Source: Tubiluchus corallicola
Lineage: Eukaryota; Animalia; Priapulida
NCBI GenBank assembly: GCA_030141605.1
Contig: JAQGDQ010000679.1
Coordinates: 1 to 64,000 of the forward strand
DNA: 64,000 bases
Direction of reading: 5' to 3'
In this document: positions 11,961 through 22,260 of the stretch, piece after piece
Position numbering within the stretch: the stretch's first letter is position 1
Layout: every line of letters starts with the position of its first letter
Position numbers and translations under genes: made by a program
Notes under the pieces: generated by a model
The model's input: only the letters and a program-made list of their open reading frames with translations
Told to the model about the DNA's origin: nothing
Database searches by the model: none

Positions 11961-12699
11961 GAAAATTTTTGTTTCTTTTCTACGCGTACCGGCCGCAAAA
12001 CCGCTTCAGGGTGGCAAAATGGTAATTTATTTTTAAACATTTTGCACCGACATGACACAGTTTTGATTATCAGTAATTTTTAAATAACGATTCGCAGATC
12101 TGTATGGTTGTCTGTATAACATCTAAATTATCCTAATTATATATTAATTCTTTATTTGTCATTAAAATGGTTCACTCATTATAATAAAATTGAGTAAGCC
12201 TGAGCGTAATGTTAAAATAACAACACTGTTCAAGACAAATGCGTCCAGTGCAGACTAAAAAAAATAAAGTGCAAAACTAAGGCCTAATTATATACAATAA
12301 ATGAACATATTTACAAACACCATATTAAAATATTTTTATAAAGCAATATTACAAAAGTACATTAAATTTTACATGACATATTTTACACTATATATACATT
12401 TAAAATGACACAATTAACAGAAACATGCTTTACATTAAATAAATTTCACTCATTACATTTATACTATTTAAGTTTAATGACTGGAGGAGGACTCAAAAGC
12501 TCACTGCTCCTTCCCCCTGCTCACAGTAACTCGCATAGTTTATTTTTTTTTCAATGTAATATCAATTTGTATTTATGTTTGAGTTGCTGTGGAATAAATT
12601 CATAATTCGTAATTAAGCCATGAAACCCGTACAAGTTTAAGCATTGTTTAGAACATTTAGTTTTTAAAAGATTTAGATTTAATATTTTATTTCAAACTT

Positions 12700-13200
12700 T
12701 GCAAAGTTCATATACACATCACAAATTAATACAAATAATACAATAAATCATGACACACAACAATAACACAAATAACAATTAACGATATAACAAACTACGC
12801 CAATAACATCTAATTACAGAAGTAAAGTTTGCATCATTGTTTAAAATGTTCTTGCATATAAAATTTTCACTCTTATTCAGCCTGACGTATAAACTGTATG
12901 CACATTTTCTGTGAATCACATCAAAATAAATAACATTAAGTCTAGTAGAAATATATCTTGCGCTCGTATCATATGAAAAGTTAAACAGCTTCCGTGTTGA
13001 TACATTATATGCAACCTTGAGTTTGCTAAGATTGTAAGAATAAAAATGTCTCCAAGTGGACATACAATAAAAAGTGGTGCAGTAAGCATTAAACAGTTGT
13101 CTCTTAAAAGAGTAGGTCTCTCTCTTAAAACACAAATCAGAACTCGGATAGCTTGAACACGAGTTAAAGTAGTGCTTGTTAAGTGTTGAGTGCACATCGA
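12700..13200 (-). mobile_element. 5'-truncated non-LTR retrotransposon (ORF2 C-terminal relic)
   Basis: KRQLFNAYCTTFYCMSTW...LKVAYNVSTRKLF is typical of the post-RT region of LINE ORF2; no exon structure. Confidence 0.65.
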
Positions 13201-13567
13201 AATAAAGCTCACGCCCAGCTTAGTTACATGCCCATACCAGGCGGTTTATTTGCTTTTAAGACCTTGAATGAATAACTAGACAAACCTTCACTTTCATTTT
13301 GAATTTATAGGCATATTTTATGTTTGGTTGCAGCACGCAGAAAACCCTGTGAGTTGCAGAAGTTGTTGTCCTTGTTTTGCACATTAGTTGCCTAACTTTA
13401 TGCCTAACTTTACGCTTAGTAGCAAAACTTCCAAGCCATTTAATGAATTTAGTGTTGTAACTGTTGTTGTATTTTAATGCTGAACATTATGTTAAAAGAA
13501 AGAACAAGTTACTCAGTATGTTGGATTTGTTTTACTGTTATCACTTAAACTGTTTGTGGTGTGCTAA

Positions 13568-14057
13568 AGGAAAGAACAAGTCACTCAGTATGTTGGGTTT
13601 GTTTTACTGTTATCACTTGAACTTAGAAAAATATGAAGAAATTTGCAAAAAACTGCTTATAAAGTATAAATTTAAAATATACTACCTCTGAATAGAAATT
13701 TTCATGCGTGGTGGTTGCCGCCATTCACTTGAAAATCATGACGTAACTGGGAGACTTCGTGAGTTTTCGTAAGCGCATCGTGGCTTTCCGTAAACGCGCG
13801 CTGCTTGAGCTTAATGCAAACTTCCGCAGCTTACCTAATGTTCACCCAAAAATATTACAAAATTAGCTATCTGATCTTTTTATAAAAACTTTCTTCTAGA
13901 TTAATTACGTCATTGGAAGCATGGACATTCAAAATGGGAATTTAAACTGATTTTACTAGTTACAGGAGGTGCTGATTCCAGTTTTATTATTACATCTTTC
14001 CAACATTTTTTGCAAACATCGCTGTAAGCTTAGCCTCTTAGAGATCTTGGCCTTTCC
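13568..14057 (+). mobile_element. Kolobok-type element, family B (uninterrupted copy; left end duplicated at ~13496-13550)
   Basis: CTAA|AGGAAAGAACAAG...CTTGGCCTTTCC|TTAA; homologous to 19205-20410. Confidence 0.6.
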
Positions 14058-14112
14058 TTAAGAAAAATTCTCAATTTCTGGGACATTTAAATTGCTTTCA
14101 TTTTCACCAGTT

Positions 14113-15902
14113 CTGCCTTTGATGCCTTCTTTTTTCCTGTGAATTTAAAAATAGATTTTCTTTTCTTCCTCCTTTTCAACTTTTGCCTTTGATGCCTGCG
14201 ACCTTGTTTTCTTTTTTCCTGTGAATATAAAAATAGATTTTCTTTTCTTCCTCCTTTTCAACTTTTGCCTCTGATGCCTGTGACCTTGTTTTCTTTTTTC
14301 CTGTGAATTTAAAAATAGATTTTCTTTTCTTCCTCCTTTTCAACTTTTGCCTCTGATGCCTGTGACCTTGTTTTCTTTTTTCCTGTGAATTTAAAAATAG
14401 ATTTTCTTTTCTTCCTCCTTCTCAACTTTTGCCTTTGATGCCTGCGACCTTGTTTTCTTTTTTCCTGTGAATTTAAAAATAGATTTTCTTGTCTCCGTCC
14501 TTTTCAACTTTTGCCTTTGATGCCTGCGACCTTGTTTTCTTTTTTCCTGTGAATTTAAAAATAGATTTTCTTTTCTTCCTCCTTTTCAACTTTTGCCTTT
14601 GATGCCTGTGCACTTGTTTTCTTTTTTCCTGTAGATTTAAAAATAGATTTTCTTTTCTTCCTCCTTTGAAACTTTTGCCTTTGATGCCTGCGACCTTGTT
14701 TTCTTTTTTCCTGTGAATTTAAAAATAGATTTTCTTTTCTTCCCCCTTTTCAACTTTTGCCTTTGATGCCTGCGACCTTTTTTTCTTTTTTCCCGTGAAT
14801 TTAAAAATAGATTTCTTTTCTTCCTCCTTTTCAACTTTTGCCTTTGATGCCTACGACCTTGTTTCCTTTTTTCCTGTGAATTTAAAAATAGATTTTCTTT
14901 TCTTCCTCCTTTTCAACTTTTGCCTTTGATGCCTGCGACCTTGTTTTCTTTTTTCCTGTGAATTTAAAAATAGATTTTCTTTTCTTCCTCCTTTTCAACT
15001 TTTGCCTTTTATGCCTGCGACCTTGTTTTCTTTTTTCCTGTGAATTTAAAAATAGATTTTCTTTTCTTCCTCCTTTTCAACTTTTGCCTCTGATGCCTGT
15101 GACCTTGTTTTCTTTTTTCCTGTGAATTTAAAAATAGATTATCTTTTCTTCTTCCTTTTCAACTTTTGCCTCTGATGCCTGTGACCTTGTTTTCTTTTTT
15201 CCTGTGAATTTAAAAATAGATTTTCTTTTCTTCCTCCTTTTCAACTTTTGCCTTTGATGCCTGCGACCTTGTTTTCTTTTTTCCTGTGAATTTAAAAATA
15301 GATTTTCTTGTCTCCGTCCTTCAACTTTTGCCTTTGATGCCTGCGACCTTGTTTTCTTTTTTCCTGTGAATTTAAAAATAGATTTTCTTTTCTTCCTCCT
15401 TTTCAACTTTTGCCTTTGATGCCTGCAACCCTGTTTTCTTTTTTCCTGTGAATTTAAAAATAGATTTTCTTTTCTTCCTCCTTTTCAACTTTTGCCTTTG
15501 ATGCCTGCAACCCTGTTTTCTTTTTTCCTGTGAATTTAAAAATAGATTTTCTTTTCTTCCTCTTTTTCAACTTTTGCCTTTGATGCCTACGACCTTGTTT
15601 TCTTTTTTCCTGTGAATTTAAAAATGGATTTTCTTTTCTTCCTCCTTTTCAACTTTTGCCTCTGATGCCTGCGACCTTGTTTTCTTTTTTCCTGTGAATA
15701 TAAAAATAGATTTTCTTTTCTTCCTCCTTTTCAACTTTTGCCTTTGATGCCTGCGACCTTGTTTTCTTTTTTCCTGTGAATATAAAAATAGATTTTGTTT
15801 TCTTCCTCCTTTTCAACTTTTGCTTTTGATGCCTGTGACCTTGTTTTCTTTTTTCCTGTGAATTTAAAAATAGATTTTCTTCTCTTCCTCCTTTTCAACT
15901 TT
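14113..15902. repeat. 82-bp pyrimidine-rich minisatellite, about 22 copies, in ANKRD10 intron 1
   Basis: Unit CCTGTGAATTTAAAAATAGATTTTCTTTTCTTCCTCCTTTTCAACTTTTGCCTTTGATGCCTGCGACCTTGTTTTCTTTTTT; period 82 (14136, 14218, 14300, 14382...). Confidence 0.95.
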
Positions 15903-16032
15903 CTTCAAGCTTTCAGTTTCCACTTTTTCGTCGCTACTATTTTTTCAGTATAAGTTTTGTCACATTAATTTAGAAGTGCTAGAAAAAGTGAAGCTGTACC
16001 AAAAAATTTGACCTACTTGTTGATGTTTACAG

Positions 16033-16185
16033 TTGCCGTGTCTGATGAAGCTTATCGACCTGGGTTACCACATTGATTACCCCACTCATCGCTTTCAGCA
16101 GACTCCCGCCCACCTGGCTGCCTTCGGCGGCACCACCCACTGCCTAAAGTGGCTGCTGCATTGTGGTGCAATGTATAACAAGCAG
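16033..16185 (+). CDS. ANKRD10: ANKRD10 exon 2a (alternative)
   Basis: Acceptor TTTACAG|TTG, donor CAG|GTAATT, 153 nt, phase 0/0. Encodes LPCLMKLIDLGYHIDYPTHRFQQTPAHLAAFGGTTHCLKWLLHCGAMYNKQ. Missed by the ORF track. Confidence 0.88.
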
Positions 16186-16222
16186 GTAATTGTTTGCTTT
16201 TTTCCTTCTTGAATTCTTTCAG

Positions 16223-16375
16223 CTTGGCTGTTTGCGTAAACTGTGCATGAAGAACGTGAACTGTGACATTCTGTCAAGCCGTTATAGTCAAACTCCTGTC
16301 CACGTGGCCGCATTCGCTGGTCATTCCGCGTGTTTGCTCCACCTGGTGACAGAGGGCACAAATATTAATCGACAG
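16223..16375 (+). CDS. ANKRD10: ANKRD10 exon 2b (alternative)
   Basis: Acceptor TTCTTTCAG|CTT, donor CAG|GTATGG, 153 nt, phase 0/0. Encodes LGCLRKLCMKNVNCDILSSRYSQTPVHVAAFAGHSACLLHLVTEGTNINRQ. Confidence 0.88.
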
Positions 16376-16690
16376 GTATGGTGTACGCATAGCTCAGTAA
16401 ATTTACATGTTTGTACTATACAGTTCTGTAGTTTAAGGGGTTCATGTGGGTTATTGGTGAGCAATAATAAGCCTTTTCACAGTTCCAGCGATTGATGGCG
16501 ATCGCAAAAAGGTCAAAGGTAAGTGTGCCAGACAACGCATTTGTGTACACTTGACAACGCCTCGCAGCCCAAGCTATTGTAATGGTACCAGTCTTAACAG
16601 CTAGCTAGAACCTTACCTAGTTCAATTTTTTTGTTCCCAAGCATGATCCTGCTAGTAAATCACTTTACACACAGATTAATGCAGAATAAA

Positions 16691-17306
16691 AGGAAAACAG
16701 GATGATTTTTCGTATACTACCCCATTTTCAAGTCCTGTAAACATCTACATTTTAACACAATTAATACTGCAAAAGTGTTTCTGATAATTAAATAATAGAT
16801 TAAAAAGTTAATTCATCGCGGGCAAGCCCAACTATTGATGACATCACAAGCTAACATAATTTTCGACATTATAAATATTCTGTGAGCGTGTTGCACATGT
16901 TTGCAAAAGCAAAAATTGAAGTACAGTGCTACTGTAAGATATTCAGTGTGTTGTAGTAAAGCTAGGCAAATTTTAATATAAAAATTAAAATTTCAAATAT
17001 ACCACAGTGCTCACGCATGAGCTGTTGAATGTGTGTAGTTTGTCACAAACTAACGCATCTGAACTGAGACGTACAGCACCCGTTTTTTGTGCAACGCACT
17101 TCTGAAATGCAGGCGCTAGTACTGTCTAACTAGCGCATGGCGAAATGCATGTAATAGCGAACAAGTAGTTGCGCAAGCGCGAAATTGCGTTTGTGTGGCA
17201 ATGATTCTTTCACGTACGCCATTTTTCAAAAATAGCATGTTTCTTTTCAATATCTTAAAGTATATATTGTTTTGACCTACAATTTAAGATCGGGTCCAGT
17301 TTTGCT
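16691..17306 (+). mobile_element. Kolobok-type element, family A copy 2 (longest copy)
   Basis: AGGAAAACAGG...CCAGTTTTGCT|TTAA termini. Confidence 0.65.
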
Positions 17307-17867
17307 TTAAGTAAAACAACTGACGCCACTGAACTGATGTGGCAGATGGCTTTGCTTTACCTTCACATGATGGTTGTAGTTAAGATGCGTTGCTGTGGTA
17401 CACTTAATGTTTAACCTACAGCAACTGCACGTGCGCACAACAAAACTGTGAAAAGGTTTATTCTAATCAGTAATTAGCAAGAATTGTTTAATTGTCTCTT
17501 TGATATGGCTAGGACGTTTATTGCGGTCGCTGGTACCACCAATAAAATAACGACTATCACCACAGTATATATATATATATATATATAAAGAACATCTAAA
17601 AATAAAGCACTGTGAATCTGGTTTTTCTTACTTCGATGACTTGTGGTATTTGCGAGGTCATCTCAATCTGTGGTCAATTTCAGAATAAAATGTTTATCAG
17701 CAACTGTGATTAAGCATTATTAAGCAGTAGTACTGACCAGTACGTGATCAATTCTTTGTCTTCCACTGATTTTAAGTAAATGTGTGTATAATTGCAATAG
17801 TCAACTGAACATTATCTCCTAATCGTTACAAAATTTCAGCTTGTTTTGTAGTTCAATCTAATTATAT

Positions 17868-18066
17868 TTGTGTGTGCATGTGCGCGTGTGTTTGTTTGCG
17901 TGCGGCTGTTATATATGTGTGTGTGTGTGTGTTTGCGTGCGGCAATTATATGTGTGTGTGTGTGTGTGTGCATGTGTTTGTTTGCGTGCGGCTATTATAT
18001 ATGTGTGTGTGTGTTTGCGTGCGGCAATTATGTGTGTGCGTGTGTTTGTTTGCGTGCGGCTGTTAT
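17868..18066. repeat. Compound (GT)n / TTTGCGTGCGGC minisatellite
   Basis: About 5 units of GTTTGCGTGCGGC(T/A)RTTAT followed by (GT)n. Confidence 0.9.
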
Positions 18067-18399
18067 GCTTGCCAGAAACAAGACTATTTTTTAGCGGTAT
18101 TAACAAGGACTCTATTAATATTTTTTTCACTCACCAGGATACTAAGCTAGTCATCAATTTTGTGTCTGATTATTTTAAGTTATTTTAATTGTGACATGAT
18201 AAATTTGTCTATTGTTTCTTCTTGGACTAATTTCCTCTTTGTTAAGTTCTCACCTAGTAAAATTGTAGCTATTAGTCAATAAATCTAATCTAATCTAAGT
18301 CTCTAATGCGCATGCGCGTTTCTAAACGTAATTTTTTGCAAGGGGTTTAATTGAGTGATCAAAGTGTGTATTTGGTAACTAATGTTAATAACAGTGAGC

Positions 18400-18887
18400 A
18401 ACCTAGCCACATGGGCAAGCTAGCCCAACTCAGTGCCAGTCCCAAGCCCGGATAAATAGGGAGGGTTAGGGTCAGGAAGGGCATCCGCCTGTAAAAACTG
18501 CGCTAAAACCTTCTATGAATGAGTCGGTGAGACTTAAAGGTAAAGTCTGCAAAGAAGTGGTCAGACCCGCTCTAATCTATGAGCTGGAAGCAGCTTCTCT
18601 AAAGAAGACGGAAGAGAAGAAAATGGGTGTGGTGGAGATGAGGATGTTGAGATGGATGGTGGGAATAACAAGAAGAGATAAAATTAGAAATAATAATATC
18701 AGAGGAATGGTAAAAGTAGTGGAAGCCTCACAAGATTGCGATGGTACGGACACCTGAAGAGAAGAGTCGGTGAAGATCATGCGGGAAGGGAAGACATAAA
18801 TGAAGAGATGGTCAACAACAGAGATGCGTGGAGAAGACTCATTCTTGTGAATGACCCCGCATAGGGAAAAGCTGGGAAGAAGAAGAA
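18400..18887 (+). mobile_element. Bipartite non-autonomous RTE-clade retroposon (5' UTR piece joined to ORF 3' end and tail)
   Basis: RTE 5' motif CCCAAGCCCGGATAAA..GGAGGGTT..GGAAGGGCATCC; ORF relic KGKVCKEVVRPALIYELE..EMRMLRWMVGITRRDKIRN; (GAA)n tail; TSD GTTAA(G)TAACAGTGAGC at 18384-18399 and 18888-18904. Confidence 0.8.
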
Positions 18888-19204
18888 GTTAAGTAACAGT
18901 GAGCCTGGTTAGGGAATGGATCGGAAACTGCTGGGCATCGCAAACACTGCTTTCAGTTGAGCGGGTTTCATCTGCTACTCTGCCCCGGTTAATTGCCTCG
19001 TTGAAGGAGGGTGTTTTACACGTGTCATCACTGCTAAAATACTCTTTTGTTTCAGAGTCTTAAATGATTATCATTGCTTTAGTTACTTAGCTAAGTTCAT
19101 TTCTATTGCATGCAACTATGTTAAGTATCATGATATTGTGGAACTGAACCTGCAGTGCACCATATAAATAAAGATTACATATTCAGAACTAAGGTTTTGC
19201 CTAA

Positions 19205-20410
19205 AGGAAAAGACTTAGCATGTTTGGTTTATTTTGCTGTTATCACTTAAACGTTGAAAAATATAACAAAAATTGCAAAAAACTGTCTATGAAGCTTAAA
19301 GGACAAGAAAAGGGGTACCTGAAGTAGGTTTCACAAAAATCGCAATTTTATAGTCGAGACTTAATAGCAATTTTATGCGTATATCTTACTTGCATTAAAA
19401 GGAATTTTAGTTTGTTTTCATTTTAAATCTCCCGCAATACTGTTCCGAAGTCTCCATTACATGACGTCATGTACCAAACGTAAATCAAGGGAAGAAAAGG
19501 CAATGTTAAATTATGTCTCAAAGGACTTTCCGTGCAAATCTATATTACTTAGATTTTCGATTACCTACTGGAAAGACTTATGTAACTAGAAAAGAAAATT
19601 ATTAATTATTTAAAATGTTTTCACCAATTGGTAAAATGTCGCTGACTCACCCTCCAGGGTGCACCACTCACTAACCAAAAACGTATTTTCAATCTTATTG
19701 ACAAGATACAGTAATTTTAAATTTTATTTAGTTAGTGACGTGTACGCTACGAATGCTCTGATTATTTTTTCAAACTTTACAAAATGTTATCTAAACTTGT
19801 TTCAAATGACCTGTCGTGAAAATGGCTGCGTCTAACGGTCATCGCGGGAGTTAAAATTTACATGTTTTATACAGCGTGACTGCCGATTGAAGTCCTGCAT
19901 GCAAAAAGGCAGTATGTAAGTGATATAAAATTTCAAAACGAATTTTTCAAGCTTTACGTTTATGAAGGGTTTTCTTGTCCTTTAAAGCTAATTGATACTA
20001 CTGCTGTGTAGAAATTTTCACGTACAGTGGTAGACGCCATTTGCTTTAAAATTATGACGTAGTTGGTGAACTTTTTGACTTTTCGTAAGCGAGAGCCGGT
20101 TTAACTGTTTCAAACTTCTGCAGCTTATCTAATATTCATGCGAAAATGTCACAGAATTGACTATGTAAAAACTTATTGTGGGTCTACTTTTTACAGAAAT
20201 TGACAGTGCGCTATTTTTCTTCAGTCAACGAATGAAAAATCATTAATGAAAAAAATGGGCAGTCAAAATGGGAACGCCCAAGTGTGAAATGATCGTGTTT
20301 TAAAGTGGTTTTACTAATTACAGGGAGTTTTCACAATTTTATTACTAAATCCTAACATTTTTCATGAAAATTGAAGTAATCTCAACCTTGCAGAAGCTTT
20401 GGCCTTTTCT
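19205..20410 (+). mobile_element. Kolobok-type element, family B copy, interrupted by a nested element
   Basis: Colinear with 13568-14057 on both sides of the 19300-19981 insert; ends GGCCTTTTCT|TTAA. Confidence 0.6.
19300..19981 (+). mobile_element. Kolobok-type element, family C (nested)
   Basis: TTAA|AGGACAAGAAAA...TTTTCTTGTCCT|TTAA: perfect 12-bp TIR and TTAA TSD. Partial copies at ~49771-50155 and ~44310-44410. Confidence 0.75.
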
Positions 20411-20851
20411 TTAAGGTTTGTCAAAATAAAATTTTGTGTAAATTTGGAGTGCCAGTCGTTGACCAGTTATTGGCTGTCTGTGTGATTTGCTCGGGTTTTT
20501 CTCTGTTTGGGTGTAAATTATATTTTGTATCTTATGAATGTGTCGAATTTAAACCAGGCTCTGCCAGCTGAATTGAATTTACTGTTGGCAAAAGGCTGTT
20601 AAACCACCAGCCTGTTATAAATCTGTCTGCAAGCTATAAACGCTGTGCTAAAAACAACATCTGGCTTGATGCGTGCTGCCATCTAACCACGGAAAAACAA
20701 ACTTTGTTCGTATTAACTTTGAGGTACCTCTGGGAGTTACGTAGTAGTTATTGTACATGTACATTTCAAAGAAGAAGGTTGAAAAATTAAATTATTAAAT
20801 TTATGACAAATTTATAAGCATTTGACTATTGAAAATGTAAGGTTTTTGTAC

Positions 20852-20905
20852 GATTGGTTGCTTTTTTGATTGATTGATTGATTGGTTGGTTGGTTGGTTG
20901 GTTGG

Positions 20906-20939
<34 letters not shown>

Positions 20940-21183
20940 TGATTGATTAACTGATTGACTAACTGACTGATTGACTGATAGATTGATTGATTGACTTGTT
21001 GTCTGAATGATTAATTGGTTGGTTGATTGACTGATTGATTGTTTAATACTTTGATTGATTGATTGATTTGATTGGTTGGTTGGTTGGTTGGTTGGTTGAT
21101 TGATTGATTGATTAATTGACTGACTTATTTACTAACTAACTGACTGACTTACAGATGAATTGATTGACTGGTTGTCTGACTGC
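20852..21183. repeat. Compound tetranucleotide microsatellite (TTGA/TTGG/CTGA)n
   Basis: Seen directly; ends ~45 nt before the ANKRD10 exon 3 acceptor. Confidence 0.9.
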
Positions 21184-21227
21184 CAGTAAACTTCAATGGT
21201 GTAGTAATTATTTCTCTTGTCTTACAG

Positions 21228-21319
21228 GACTACCTGGGGGAGACACCTCTGCACAAAGCTGCCCGCACGGGTAACCTGGAATGCCTCTCTCTGCTCATTT
21301 CCCACGGAGGCGATACAGG
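21228..21319 (+). CDS. ANKRD10: ANKRD10 exon 3
   Basis: Acceptor CTTACAG|GAC, donor GG|GTAACC, 92 nt. DYLGETPLHKAARTGNLECLSLLISHGGDT matches ANKRD10 [28 protein letters not shown]. Confidence 0.92.
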
Positions 21320-21371
21320 GTAACCAATATTCTACTACATTACACATTGGACTGAAATATATAATACCAGA

Positions 21372-22260
21372 CAGTGGCATAGCTAGTGGGGGAGCAAGGA
21401 TGGCAACCCCTCCCCGGCACATTTTTTTCAAAATTGGCCCCTTTTCAACCACTTTTTTGCTTCACTCGTGTGGTTGCTGAACGATCCTTTAATTGGCTGA
21501 CACAGATAAAGTCCTACCTTCTTTCTACAATGGGCGAGGATGGATTGTATTAGCTTTGTTCTCCATTGAAAGAGGAAAGTTGGCTTCCGATTACTTTGCT
21601 AAAATGAAACCTAGACGGCGGGGACTGTTGTAGTTCTTTCACGGTGTATTTTTCGCAATGCTTCATTTTGTTTTCATTTTACGTTTAAAATTAAAATATA
21701 AATGACACACGTGTGTTTATTATGTTTTGTGATTTAAAATCACTGCATTTTTTGACTTGCTGCAAAAGTTTTATTGTGTTTTAATTTTAAATATTCAAAA
21801 TAACAAATATGTACGTACTTCCTTTAAAATTGTACCGTTCTCGTGTTTTGATTTTAAACACGAAATGAAAACGTATAATCAATGAATTAAAAATTGTTTG
21901 GTGTGGTCGCTGCGCCTTTCTTATGTGCTTGCTCCCCCTAACTTTCAAACCTGGCTACGCCCCTGTCACTGCACGTTTCTTATGTGCTTGCTCCCCCTAA
22001 CTTTCTAACCTGGCTACGCCCCTGTCACTGTGCCGTATGTGCTTGCTCCCCCTAACTTTCGAACCTGGCTACGCCCCTGTCACCGTGCCTTATATGCTTG
22101 CTCCCCCTAACTTTCGAACCTGGCTATGCCCCTGTCACGGCGCCTTTTTATGTGCTTGCTCAGTCTATCTTTTGAACCTGGCTATGCCCCTGTCACGGCA
22201 CCTTTTTATATGCTTGCTTTCTATATCTTTTTATATCTTTCGAACCTGGCTATGCCGCTG
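21372..22260. mobile_element. hAT-like MITE with a tandemly amplified right terminus
   Basis: TIRs CAGTGGCATAGCTAG / CTGGCTATGCCGCTG; about 6 copies of a 55-65-bp unit ending CCTGGCTA(C/T)GCCCCTG at 21920-22260. No clean TSD. Confidence 0.55.

Noticed and set aside
14637-15406. Lys/Arg-rich protamine-like minus-strand ORFs
   Set aside because: Artefact of the purine-rich strand of the 82-bp minisatellite; unit length is not a multiple of 3.
16033-16375. Single-transcript model including both exon 2a and 2b, or 2a as a dead pseudo-exon
   Set aside because: Double inclusion needs a 37-nt intron and breaks ankyrin register; both copies keep frame, splice sites and consensus residues despite ~59% amino-acid divergence. 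Disfavoured, not excluded.
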